Source: Candidatus Berkelbacteria bacterium (GTDB lineage: Bacteria; Patescibacteriota; UBA1384; XYA2-FULL-43-10; CAINNR01). Taken from it: a stretch of 64,000 nucleotides of DNA. The notes beneath the pieces are model-generated. The model made no database searches and was not told the DNA's origin. It saw nothing but the letters and a program-made list of their open reading frames with translations. The DNA is taken from NCBI GenBank assembly GCA_037142675.1, contig JBAXAF010000004.1, forward strand, positions 326 through 64,325, written 5' to 3'. This document shows positions 36,598 through 46,518 of this stretch, in pieces. The translations under genes were made by a program, and so were the position numbers. Positions within the stretch are counted from its first letter, which is position 1. Every line of letters starts with the position of its first letter.

Positions 36598-37995
36598 ATG
36601 TCGGATACTCTTCTGTCTGCGGACGAGATCTGGGCTGCAGCGTTGCCGCTCCTTACCGAGCGGATTAGGCTCACGTCGATTGTCACTATGTTACGCAATG
36701 CTGAGGTTATCAGCTACGATGGCACGACGTTTGTGCTTGCTGTGAATGGTGACTTTTCCAGGGGGTTGCTTGTGGACGGTTTGCATCTTCCGACGATTAC
36801 CACCTGCTTGGAGCAAGTCGCCAAACAGCCAGTTCAACTTCAGGTTGAGGCGTCAGCTAATGCTGTGCCTTTGGCTGCTGTTGGATGTGCTGCAGAGCAA
36901 GTGCGACAGGAAAGTTTGCCCGTGGCTCAGCCACTGAATACCAGGTCGTCGCATGAGCAGCTTGAGACTATGCCGCTCAACGACCGTCATACCTTCGACA
37001 ACTTTGTTATGGCTGACTGCAATCGTTTTGCATTCAGCGCTGCCCAACAGGTTTGCCGAAACCCCGGGCGCAGCTACAATCCACTGCTCATCCACAGTAA
37101 GTCGGGTTTGGGCAAGACCCACCTGATGCAAGCGATCGGGCACGAGATACGCTCCCAGCACAGTGACATGGAAGTCGTCTACGTGTCCGCCGAGAACTTC
37201 GTCAACCAGATCATCTCTGCTATCCGCGACAATCGCACCGCCGAGTTCAGGCGGCGCTACCGCTACGTGGATGTCTGGCTGGTGGACGACATCCAGTTCA
37301 TCGCCGCCCTTGATGGCCCGGCGTCCGAAGAGGAGTTCTTCCACACCCTCAACACACTGTGTATCAACGACAAGCAAGTCGTCATCGCGTCGGATGTGCC
37401 GCCTCGTCAGTTGCAGATCGTGAATGTCCGTCTACGGAGCCGCCTCGAGATGGGAATTTTGGCCGACTTGCGTGCTCCGGATCTCGAAACTCGCATCGCC
37501 ATTCTCGAGAAAATGGCTGAGGCGGAGAAGACTCATATTCCTCGTGAAGTTTTGGAGTATTTGGCCAAGAAGGTAGAGAACAATATCCGAGTTCTTGGTG
37601 GGGCACTGCTGCAGTTAGTCGCCTATGCATCGTTGCATGGTAAACTAACTCTGGCGCTGGCCGGAGAAGCTCTGGAGAGCTACTCCACCAGCAAAGATGG
37701 GCGGCAGTTCAGTCTGGCCGAGATTGTTACCTACATCGCTGAACGATTCACCCAGAAGGCAAGTGATATCACTGGCCCAAAACGGAGCAAGGAGCTCGCC
37801 TGGCCACGGCAAGTAGCGATTTACCTCTGTCGGGAGCTGACCGACTACTCGCTGAGTGATATCGGTCACTTCTTCAACGACCGAGACCACTCAACCATCA
37901 ACTATAATTATGGAGTGGTACGCGACAGGATAGGAGAGGACGAGCAAACCCTCTGGCTGATGAACGACATGAAGGCACAACTGCGCGGTAGCTAG
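36598..37995 (+). CDS. dnaA: Second, GC-rich, full-length DnaA homolog
   Basis: TFDNFV, YNPLLIHSKSGLGKTHL, DDIQFI, EEEFFHTLN, RLRSRL, RDHSTINY; AAGGAG SD; own TTGACA promoter (36514) and terminator (~38012-38040). Confidence 0.93.
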   Translation: MSDTLLSADEIWAAALPLLTERIRLTSIVTMLRNAEVISYDGTTFVLAVNGDFSRGLLVDGLHLPTITTCLEQVAKQPVQLQVEASANAVPLAAVGCAAEQVRQESLPVAQPLNTRSSHEQLETMPLNDRHTFDNFVMADCNRFAFSAAQQVCRNPGRSYNPLLIHSKSGLGKTHLMQAIGHEIRSQHSDMEVVYVSAENFVNQIISAIRDNRTAEFRRRYRYVDVWLVDDIQFIAALDGPASEEEFFHTLNTLCINDKQVVIASDVPPRQLQIVNVRLRSRLEMGILADLRAPDLETRIAILEKMAEAEKTHIPREVLEYLAKKVENNIRVLGGALLQLVAYASLHGKLTLALAGEALESYSTSKDGRQFSLAEIVTYIAERFTQKASDITGPKRSKELAWPRQVAIYLCRELTDYSLSDIGHFFNDRDHSTINYNYGVVRDRIGEDEQTLWLMNDMKAQLRGS

Positions 37996-38230
37996 CCGCG
38001 CATCGAGTTCCGCCGCCCTGTGTATCCGGGCGGTTTTTTCTTTGGCAGCTGGACGAATCGAAAGAAAATTGCTACTATTTATTCAGTGACATGTTTTTTG
38101 CTACAAGTAATTGATCGGCCCTCCTGCGCTCATGTTCGTCTCGTGGTTTTCATCCACGCTGCCGAAACTTTGCTTCGGAAGGGCGCGACAAAATACTATT
38201 AGAAGTAATTATTGAAGTCGCGGAGGGAAT

Positions 38231-38749
38231 ATGGCAGAAAAAGATATTGAAAAGAAGCCTGCGGTGAAGCCTGAGATTTTATCAACGGACAAACCAATTT
38301 TCTATTGGCAGGCAATTGAATTCGAAAGTCATGAAAAGCCAAATAATTGGCTTTTATACATCATTCTAATCGCTATTGCTTTGACCGCATTGATGATTTA
38401 TCTGAAAATGTGGCTTGGAGCAGCCGTCGTCGTTGCCGCTTGTTTTGCTCTTTACAGCCAGTCAGCTTCACGTGGCAAAAAACGGAGTTATGCTGTTTAC
38501 AACCAGGGAATAACTGTTGATAACAAGGTTTATACCTTTGATCAATTCAAATCCTTCTGGATCTTCACTTACCAAGAAAGGGCGATTATCCGTTTCGAGC
38601 AACTGAAGCGCTTCGCGATACCAATCGAAATGCCAATTGGTGAAGAAAATCCGGAACAAGTTCGGTTGTTTCTTACCAAGCATTTGCCAGAAATAGAAGG
38701 TCGCGGCGAAGATGTGACTGACACTATTAACAGATGGATTAAATTTTGA
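38231..38749 (+). CDS. Conserved two-TM membrane protein with a C-terminal soluble domain
   Basis: W.A.EF...K...W N-terminus, two TMs, GI.V....Y.F..FKSFW; GGAGG SD. Confidence 0.75.
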   Translation: MAEKDIEKKPAVKPEILSTDKPIFYWQAIEFESHEKPNNWLLYIILIAIALTALMIYLKMWLGAAVVVAACFALYSQSASRGKKRSYAVYNQGITVDNKVYTFDQFKSFWIFTYQERAIIRFEQLKRFAIPIEMPIGEENPEQVRLFLTKHLPEIEGRGEDVTDTINRWIKF

Positions 38750-38897
38750 CAGAGTCAAAATAAAACTCTAAATTCTAATTTCTAAACTCTAAACAAATTT
38801 GAAATTCAAATTTCTCAATGTTTTAAACATTTGATCATTTGAGATTTAGACATTGTTTGAGACTTAGTACTTATAATTTAGGATTTGTTTTATTTTT

Positions 38898-38973
38898 GCC
38901 CGCGTAGCTCAGTGGATAGAGCGTCCGGTTGCGGTCCGGAAGGTCGTTGGTCCGATTCCAATCGCGGGTACCA
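38898..38973 (+). tRNA. tRNA-Arg(GCG)
   Basis: GCCCGCG/CGCGGGT acceptor, TCCGG-TTGCGGT-CCGGA, CCA; atypical T-loop TCCGATT. Confidence 0.9.
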
Positions 38974-39041
38974 AGCCGCTTTGCGGCAAGCAAAAAGTTT
39001 ATCAAGTTCATAAAGTTGAAAGTTCAAGGAAAGATTACTTT

Positions 39042-40310
39042 ATGCCGGAAATTAGAAAACTTAAAAACGGAATTACGCTGGTTTTATCCGAAGAAAAAAG
39101 AACTGAGGCTGTGAGCCTCATTGTTTATATTGGTGCCGGTTCTCGTTACGAAGATGATCGTGTCGCTGGTATGACTCATTTTTTGGAGCACATTCTATTT
39201 GATGGGACCGAAAAAAGACCGACAGCGCTAGATGTAACAAAGGAAATTGATGCCATTGGTGCTGATGTTAATGCTCATCCAATGGAGGAATACACCAACT
39301 TTCACATTAAGGCGGCGGCTGAGCACCTGGAAATTATCGCAGATATTTTTTCCGACATGCTACTGAATTCTCGGATTACCGAAGCAGACATTGCCAAGGA
39401 AAAGAAAGTTATTGCCGAAGAGATCAAGATGCGAACTGATATTGCTCCGAGCCACGTATTCAATGTTTTTGATGAGGCAATTTTCGCAGGGAATAATTTG
39501 GGTCGTTATGCCGCCGGTGAACTTGAAGTGATTGATAATATCTCCAGAGATGATGTTATAGATTTCTATAAAAAGTACTATCTTGGAAACAATGTTTTTA
39601 TCTCAGTTTGTGGTAATTTTGCTGGCAGGACGGCTGACGAAATTTCAGATTTAATCGAATCAAAGTTTAATTTTCCTAGCGGTATTGTTAAATTAGAAAA
39701 ATCTCTTGAATTTAAACAGGAGAAATTGCGTTTTTTGGCTAAAAACAGTCAGCAAACGAACTTTATTGTCGGTTATTATGGCTGCTCTTTTAATTCACCT
39801 GATCGTATTGGGCTTAAGCTTTTGTCGATAATTCTTGGTGGTAATATGAGTTCGCGACTTCACACCGAACTCCGGGAAAAAAGAGGCCTGGCTTATGATG
39901 TTAGAACTTTTAGTTCATCAATCTCTGACATTGGAATTATCGAAACTGTTGCCGGGGTTGCCGATGAAAAGGCCGGCGAAGCGCTGTCCGCGGTTATTGC
40001 AGAGTATGAAAAGACTAAAGCCGGCGTCACAGAAGATGAACTTTCGATGGCAAAGTCCTATCTTTTGGGTCAAATGAAGATTGGTTTCGAAGATTCAGAA
40101 AATTTTGGTGAGTTTAATTTATCACAAGTTTTTTATACTGGTAGCACTGAAACACTCTCGGATATTTCGGAAAAAATTGCTAAAATAACTACAGCGGATA
40201 TTAAAAATTTAGCTAATAAATATTTTGATAACAAAAAACTTTCTGTTGCCGTGATTGCTAAAGAGGCTGTTCGGCAGGAAATTGAAGCAATAATAAAAAA
40301 TATTAAATAG
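39042..40310 (+). CDS. M16 family (pitrilysin-like) zinc peptidase
   Basis: GSRYE, HFLEH inverted zinc motif, MSSRLHTELREKRGLAY. Confidence 0.93.
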   Translation: MPEIRKLKNGITLVLSEEKRTEAVSLIVYIGAGSRYEDDRVAGMTHFLEHILFDGTEKRPTALDVTKEIDAIGADVNAHPMEEYTNFHIKAAAEHLEIIADIFSDMLLNSRITEADIAKEKKVIAEEIKMRTDIAPSHVFNVFDEAIFAGNNLGRYAAGELEVIDNISRDDVIDFYKKYYLGNNVFISVCGNFAGRTADEISDLIESKFNFPSGIVKLEKSLEFKQEKLRFLAKNSQQTNFIVGYYGCSFNSPDRIGLKLLSIILGGNMSSRLHTELREKRGLAYDVRTFSSSISDIGIIETVAGVADEKAGEALSAVIAEYEKTKAGVTEDELSMAKSYLLGQMKIGFEDSENFGEFNLSQVFYTGSTETLSDISEKIAKITTADIKNLANKYFDNKKLSVAVIAKEAVRQEIEAIIKNIK

Positions 40311-40317
40311 GAGAAAT

Positions 40318-40920
40318 ATGGAAAAACCAAAAGTTGAACGAACAATGATTGCTATCAAATCCGAATCAATTCAGCGGCAGATTATAGGTGAACTTCTGAC
40401 TAAGTTTGAAAAACGTGGACTTAAAATGACCGCCTGCAAAATGTTGGCACCAGATGCGGAGTTGATTGGCAAACATTATGCGGATGACGAATCCTGGTAC
40501 GTCTCATCTGGAACAAAAACTAGGGCTAATTATGAGGCGAAAGGGGATAAGGATTTGTTAGAGCCGATTGAATACGGGAAAAGAACTAGGGATCTTTTAA
40601 TGGATAGTCTAAAAGATCGCCCAATTTTGGTAATGATTTGGGAGGGACCGCACGCAGTCGCACTTGGAAGAAAGACCGCTGGTGCAACTAATCCGTTGAT
40701 TGCAGATATTGGCTCTATTCGAGGTGATTACAGCCACGATTCCTATGAAGTTTCTGACGAGGTTAAGCGGTCAATCCAGACTTTAGTTCATGCATCCGGA
40801 TCGAGCGAAGAGGCCGAGACCGAAATTGCAATCTGGTTTCGCCCTGAAGAAATTCTTAATTACGATTTAGTTTTGGAAAATGTTTTTTTTACCCAAGATT
40901 GGGGACGAGTCAAACGCTGA
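40318..40920 (+). CDS. ndk: Nucleoside diphosphate kinase
   Basis: ERTMIAIK, GATNP, GSIRGDY, VHASGS, AETEIAIWF. Confidence 0.92.
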   Translation: MEKPKVERTMIAIKSESIQRQIIGELLTKFEKRGLKMTACKMLAPDAELIGKHYADDESWYVSSGTKTRANYEAKGDKDLLEPIEYGKRTRDLLMDSLKDRPILVMIWEGPHAVALGRKTAGATNPLIADIGSIRGDYSHDSYEVSDEVKRSIQTLVHASGSSEEAETEIAIWFRPEEILNYDLVLENVFFTQDWGRVKR

Positions 40921-41036
40921 AGCGCAATTTCTAATTTCTAGACTCTAATTTCTAATAAATATCTAATGTCAAAATGTCTAATTAGCGCTTGAATCATTGG
41001 AAATTTATTAGATCGATTAGGGCAATTAGGTTAATT

Positions 41037-42128
41037 ATGAATTATCTCGTAGCTTTTATTGCGACACTTATCCTCTCGGTATTATTTACCGGAGTAGTTC
41101 GCAATTTTGCGCTGAAAAAAAACTTGGCTCCGGAGTTGCGGGATCGCGATGTCCACAAAAACCGCGTGCCTCGAATTGGTGGTCTGGCAATTTTCGCTGC
41201 TTTTTTCATTATCTCAATTATTTATTTTGCTTTCATTAATCCGCACGCAACCATAGGCGCTGGGCAGTGGCTCGGTCGCGACAAACGAATTGTTAGTATT
41301 TGGTTTTCTACTTTGATTATTGTTGGCGCAATGCTCTACGATGATCTTCGCGGCCTTTCAGCTTGGAAAAAATTTGGTTTTCAAGCATTAGCTGCGCTAA
41401 TTGTTGTTGCCGGAGGAATTGGAGTTGGGACACTATCAAATCCATTCGGACATGCAATCAATTTGAACTCAGTTATTATTAGCTTCAATATTTTTGGTGC
41501 CACTCATCACATTTGGCTTTGGTCGGATTTACTAGCGTTTTTCTGGCTTATTGGTATGATGAATGTCATTAACTTTATTGACGGGATTGATGGGTTGGCG
41601 GCTGGTGTTTCCGGCATAGCCGCCTTCATTATTTTTATGCTTAGTTTGGCTGTTAGCCAAAGCGCTGTGGCAATGATAGCCATTGTGCTTTGTGGCGCAG
41701 CAATCGGGTTCCTCTATTGGAACTTTTACCCGGCAAAAATTTTTATGGGTGATTCCGGCTCAATGTTCCTTGGTTTTATGCTGGGGGTCCTGCCATTAAT
41801 TTCCGGTGGGAAACTGGCCACAGCCTTTTTAGTACTAGGTTTTGCCATTGTCGACGGTTTAATTGTCGCTGGCGCCCGCATTCTTCGAGGAAAAAATCCT
41901 TTTACTACTGCGGACAAAACTCACTTGCACCACCGATTTTTAGCTGCCGGTTTTTCCGTACCAGCAACAGTTCTCTCGCTTTATGCTATTGCTGCACTTT
42001 TTGGTTGGGTGGCTTTGCGTTCAACGACACTGAACAAAATTATCGCTTCCAGTTTTCTAATTGTTGTCATTGCCTCGTTAATATTAATTTTGAATCAAAT
42101 AAAGAAAATTCGAAATCCTAAACCCTAA
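41037..42128 (+). CDS. MraY/WecA/TagO-family polyprenyl-phosphate sugar-1-phosphate transferase
   Basis: PRIGGLAI, YDD, NFIDGIDGL, FMGDSGS, HLHHR. Confidence 0.92.
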   Translation: MNYLVAFIATLILSVLFTGVVRNFALKKNLAPELRDRDVHKNRVPRIGGLAIFAAFFIISIIYFAFINPHATIGAGQWLGRDKRIVSIWFSTLIIVGAMLYDDLRGLSAWKKFGFQALAALIVVAGGIGVGTLSNPFGHAINLNSVIISFNIFGATHHIWLWSDLLAFFWLIGMMNVINFIDGIDGLAAGVSGIAAFIIFMLSLAVSQSAVAMIAIVLCGAAIGFLYWNFYPAKIFMGDSGSMFLGFMLGVLPLISGGKLATAFLVLGFAIVDGLIVAGARILRGKNPFTTADKTHLHHRFLAAGFSVPATVLSLYAIAALFGWVALRSTTLNKIIASSFLIVVIASLILILNQIKKIRNPKP

Positions 42129-42247
42129 ATTCTAGACAAATCCAAATGACCAAAAATCAAAAATTCAAAAATTTTTTGAGCATTAAAACATTTGTATTTT
42201 GGAATTTTTTAGAGTTTAGATATTAGAATTTAGAGCTTGGAGTGGTC

Positions 42248-42352
42248 ATGTTTGAGCACAATGGAAAAAAGTGGGTAAAAATTGTTTTTATAGTTTTGTT
42301 AGTTTTAATGCTGGTCTTCACCATTCTGCCATTTTTGGGTAGCCTAAAATGA
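42248..42352 (+). CDS. 34-aa single-TM micropeptide
   Basis: MFEHNGKKWVKIVFIVLLVLMLVFTILPFLGSLK*, GGAG SD; below the track cutoff. Confidence 0.55.
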   Translation: MFEHNGKKWVKIVFIVLLVLMLVFTILPFLGSLK

Positions 42353-42367
42353 TACAATAGTAATGTT

Positions 42368-42850
42368 ATGAATAATTCTGACTTCACATTTAAAGGTCAG
42401 CGGCCAGATGAGAAGGTTTTTAATGTTGTCCGTCGGCATCCAATAGTTTTCTTTTGGTCACTTTTGCAATCAACACTGGCGTTGGCAGTAGCTATCATCG
42501 TTCTAATTTATTTTGATTTTGGTGATATGTTCTACATCATTGGTGGTCTGGCGGCGTTATTCATTTTTGCCGTCGTCTCCAAAGTTTGGTTTATTTACGC
42601 CAATAGTTTTTGTCTAATTACCAGCCAGCGAGTGATAAATGTTGATCAGCGTGGATTTTTTAATCGTCAAATTACTGAAACCGAGTTTTCAAAAATTCAG
42701 GATGTAACGAATTCCACCTCTGGAATGATTGGTACAACACTAAATGTCGGTCAGATTGAAATTCAAACTGCCGGCAAGGAGAACAAATTAACTATCAAAC
42801 ATATTCCAGATCCGTACCAAGTTCAGCAAGAAATCACAAAAAATATTTAG
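42368..42850 (+). CDS. Bacterial PH-domain membrane protein
   Basis: VRRHP, two TMs, ITSQRVI, IQDVT, GQIEIQTAG. Confidence 0.85.
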   Translation: MNNSDFTFKGQRPDEKVFNVVRRHPIVFFWSLLQSTLALAVAIIVLIYFDFGDMFYIIGGLAALFIFAVVSKVWFIYANSFCLITSQRVINVDQRGFFNRQITETEFSKIQDVTNSTSGMIGTTLNVGQIEIQTAGKENKLTIKHIPDPYQVQQEITKNI

Positions 42851-42854
42851 AGTA

Positions 42855-45800
42855 CTAGGTTATATTTTCGTTTCCGACTATCTCTTTTAATTTTCTCTTA
42901 ACTACTGGGCTTAAGTCAAGGCGGTTTTTTATTTTGATCTCTTCCCAGCCCTCACCATTTTTCGGTACTTTCATAATTACCGGGCTAGTTCCAGGGTGAG
43001 TTGCAATTACAGTTTTTATGTCCTTTAAAATGTGCGGTGCTGAGCCACGAGGTATGGTAATTTGCAGTGGTTCAGGTTTGGTATCAATTGGTGCTGCTGG
43101 CGCTTTTGCTGCTGGCGCTGGTTGATTATATCCTCCGGAATATCCACCGCCATTACCGCCTCCTCCACCGCCCCAACTATTTAATTTCTTCTTTCCCCTG
43201 GGCACGAAATCGGGGATTTTATCATCGCCAACAGGAAAAATTTCTTCGGCTAGTATTTTTAGTTCGCCATCTTTGTTGCTAATGTAGCCATCGACAACAA
43301 CAACCCTGTCCGGTGTGAAAATTGTCGGCGTGGCAGCGAAAATTTTCGGAAAAACCAGAACTTCAATGTTTTTTGTTTGATCTTCGACTTTAATAAAAGC
43401 CATTTTCTGACTATGTTTTTTGGTGATTATTTCCTGAACATTCATAATAATTCCAGCAACTCGGACAAATTGATTGTCCATTTCAGCTGAAATCTCGATC
43501 ATTTTCTTCTGTTGATGAGGTTCAATTAAGGGCGCAATTTCAGACAATGGATGCTCGGAAACGTACATCCCTAAAAGCTCGCGCTCCCAGGCCAATCGTT
43601 GTTTCTTCTCGGCTGGCTGTGTGGCCTCGAATTCAATTTTGGCAGTTGCAATTACGTCTTCACTGAAAAGTGATGACTGATTGGTGTCTCGATTCTTTTT
43701 GGCGCCAGCAGCGAATGCCAGCATTCGTTCCATGTTGAATATCAGCTCGTTGCGCTCAGCTAAATCATCTAAGGCTCCAGCCATCGCTAGTGCCTCTAGG
43801 GATTTTTTGTTAATCACTTTTGATCCGAGCCGCAACAGAACATCGGCAACGTCTTTGAATTTGCCATTATTTTTTCGATCCTCAACAATTTCTTCTGCCA
43901 CCGCAGACCCGACATGTTTTATGGCCGAGAGCCCAAACCTGACATTACCGGTTTCTTTCACCACACCGAAGTCGACAAATGATTCGTTAATCGACGGTGG
44001 AAGCACGGCAATTCCCATTCGTTTACACTCCTCAATTTCCATTGCCAATTTATCCAAATCATCTTTGTTTGAGGTCATAAGTGCCGACATATACTCTGGC
44101 GGAAAGTTGGATTTCAGATAGGCTGTTTGATAGGCGACCAAAGCATAGCTAGCAGCGTGAGCTTTGTTAAAACCGTAACCGGCAAATGTTTCTATTTGAG
44201 TCCAAAGTTCGTTGGTTGTGGCCTCGCTCATACCTCGCTCAATAATTTGGCGGAAAAATTTATCTTTTTGCGCTGACATTTCTTTAATGATTTTTTTGCC
44301 GATTGCTTTACGGAATTTATCAACCTCTTCCCAGTTGTAGCCGGCGAGTTCAATAGCAATCATTAAAACATCGTCTTGATAAACAATTAGCCCCAGCGAC
44401 TGCTTTAAAACCGCTTCTAGTCGTGGGTCGGAGTATTTGATTCTTGATGGATTGTGTTTCCTGGCAACATATTCGGGAATAAAGGCCATTGGCCCTGGGC
44501 GGTAGAGCGCCACCATGGCCATAATGTCGAGAATGGTTGTCGGCCGAAGTTCCTTAATGTTTTTGCGCATGCCTTCTGATTCGAGTTGGAAAACACCAAT
44601 TGTTTCGCCGCGCGAGAGCATTTCGTAAGTTTTTTTGTCATCAAGCGGGATTTCGTCCAATATTATTTGAACGCCTTGAGTTTTGGCGATGATCTTTATA
44701 ACATTTTGAATAATTGACAGGTTCGCTAAGCCCAAGAAGTCCATTTTAATTAAGCCAATACCGTCCTCACCCACGGCGTGCATTTCGTATTGAGTAATTA
44801 GACGGTCGCCCTTAGCATCCATCATAACCGGCGTATAGTTCGTAATCTCTTCCGGGGCAATAACAACACCGGCAGCGTGGACAGATGCATGTCTAACGAC
44901 GCCCTCGAGCCTTCTGGCAATATCAATGCACTGTTTAACCCTTGGGTCAGAGTCGTATAAATTTCGTAGTTCGGCCACTTCTTTTAGCGCTTTATCTAAA
45001 GTGGTTTTTAGCGGCGGAATTAATTTGGCAATGATATCAACCTCGGAGTAACTCATGCCGAGTACGCGGCCGACGTCGCGGACGGCCATTCTGGCTGCCA
45101 TAGTTCCAAAGGTAATAATTTGTGCCACGTGGTCGCTGCCGTATTTGTTGGAAACATAGCGAATAATTTCGTCCCGCCCAGCGTCAGCAATATCAGCGTC
45201 AATATCAGGCGCAGATGGACGAAATGGATTTAAAAATCGTTCAAAAGGTAAGTTATAATCAAAAGGATTTAATTGTTTGCCGGTAATTCCTAGTGCGTAG
45301 GAGATGAAGCAGCCGGCTGCTGAGCCCCTGGTATTGGTTGGGATTCCTTGTTGCTTGGCAAAGTGAAAGAAGTCTTGAACAATTAAAAAGTAGCCTAAAT
45401 ACCCCTTGTCCTTAATTACTTTGAATTCATAATCAATACGTTCGCGGATTCGCGGAGTAATTTCTGAAACTATTTTTGGCAATCTTTCATCAATAAGTTT
45501 GCGTAAGTATGTTTCGTATGTTTCACCAGCCGGCAGCGGAAACTCTGGGAACCTAAATTTACCGAGCTCAATTTGCACGTCGCATTTATTCATGACCTCA
45601 ATTGTATTGGTTAGCACTTCTGGGTGGTCGGGGAAGTTGCTCGACATTTGGGCGTGAGTTAGGAGAGAATAGTCATCGCCTGCCATTGTCATTCTGTTGG
45701 TGTCGCCGACTAACTTACCAGTTTGCAAACAAATCAGCGCGTCGTGAGCAATGTTGTCATCTGAATTAACGTAGTGCGGATCGTTTGTGGCAATAACTTT

Positions 45801-46421
45801 TAATCCAAATTCTTCGGCCAGCTTAAAAATATTGTTGTTGGCAATTTTTTGTTCCGGCACAGTGTTTGGGTGATGTTGAACTTCAAGATAAAAATCCTCT
45901 TTGGGGAAAATTTCCAAATATTCTTTTAGCGCTTTTCTGCCCTCCTCAATATTTTCCAATGATTTTCGCGGGATTTCTCCCTGGACGCAAGCGGAGCAAG
46001 CAATTAAACCCTCAGAGTGCTCTTTGAGTAGTTTTTTGTCGATGCGCGGTTTGTAATAATAGCCATCCAAGTGGGCGAGTGATGTTAGTTTCATTAAGTT
46101 TCGGTAGCCGGCTTCATTTTTAGCTAATAAAATCAAGTGATAAGTAGAGGAGTCAACCCTTGGTTGCTTGTCTTTCATTGTCCTGGGCGCAACGTAGGTT
46201 TCAATACCTAGAATAGGCTTAATTCCTTGCTTGGTGCACTCCTCATAAAACTCAACAATGCCGTGCATCACGCCGTGGTCAGTTAAAGCTAATGCCGGCT
46301 GCCCATCATTTTTAGCCTTTGCTACCAAATCAGGAATCTTGCCCATGCCGTCTAGCATAGAATAATGTGAGTGAACGTGGAGATGCACAAAGTCTTTAGT
46401 TTTTGGTTTGTCGTCAGGCAT
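42855..46421 (-). CDS. dnaE: DNA polymerase III alpha subunit
   Basis: FVHLHVHSHYSMLDG (PHP), RGSAAG, PDIDAD, KMDFLGL, YGFNKAHA. Confidence 0.98.
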   Translation of the reverse strand: MPDDKPKTKDFVHLHVHSHYSMLDGMGKIPDLVAKAKNDGQPALALTDHGVMHGIVEFYEECTKQGIKPILGIETYVAPRTMKDKQPRVDSSTYHLILLAKNEAGYRNLMKLTSLAHLDGYYYKPRIDKKLLKEHSEGLIACSACVQGEIPRKSLENIEEGRKALKEYLEIFPKEDFYLEVQHHPNTVPEQKIANNNIFKLAEEFGLKVIATNDPHYVNSDDNIAHDALICLQTGKLVGDTNRMTMAGDDYSLLTHAQMSSNFPDHPEVLTNTIEVMNKCDVQIELGKFRFPEFPLPAGETYETYLRKLIDERLPKIVSEITPRIRERIDYEFKVIKDKGYLGYFLIVQDFFHFAKQQGIPTNTRGSAAGCFISYALGITGKQLNPFDYNLPFERFLNPFRPSAPDIDADIADAGRDEIIRYVSNKYGSDHVAQIITFGTMAARMAVRDVGRVLGMSYSEVDIIAKLIPPLKTTLDKALKEVAELRNLYDSDPRVKQCIDIARRLEGVVRHASVHAAGVVIAPEEITNYTPVMMDAKGDRLITQYEMHAVGEDGIGLIKMDFLGLANLSIIQNVIKIIAKTQGVQIILDEIPLDDKKTYEMLSRGETIGVFQLESEGMRKNIKELRPTTILDIMAMVALYRPGPMAFIPEYVARKHNPSRIKYSDPRLEAVLKQSLGLIVYQDDVLMIAIELAGYNWEEVDKFRKAIGKKIIKEMSAQKDKFFRQIIERGMSEATTNELWTQIETFAGYGFNKAHAASYALVAYQTAYLKSNFPPEYMSALMTSNKDDLDKLAMEIEECKRMGIAVLPPSINESFVDFGVVKETGNVRFGLSAIKHVGSAVAEEIVEDRKNNGKFKDVADVLLRLGSKVINKKSLEALAMAGALDDLAERNELIFNMERMLAFAAGAKKNRDTNQSSLFSEDVIATAKIEFEATQPAEKKQRLAWERELLGMYVSEHPLSEIAPLIEPHQQKKMIEISAEMDNQFVRVAGIIMNVQEIITKKHSQKMAFIKVEDQTKNIEVLVFPKIFAATPTIFTPDRVVVVDGYISNKDGELKILAEEIFPVGDDKIPDFVPRGKKKLNSWGGGGGGNGGGYSGGYNQPAPAAKAPAAPIDTKPEPLQITIPRGSAPHILKDIKTVIATHPGTSPVIMKVPKNGEGWEEIKIKNRLDLSPVVKRKLKEIVGNENIT

Positions 46422-46518
46422 TTTGTCTGGCTTAATCTTATATTTTATGGTAGAATTACGATTGAATTAAGAATTATGAATTAAGAATTATGGCAAAAAC
46501 ATTCATGATTCATACCTC

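Noticed and set aside
43080-43180. Gly/Pro-rich stretch in DnaE as an intein or insertion element
   Set aside because: Short low-complexity linker before the C-terminal domain; no intein terminal motifs.
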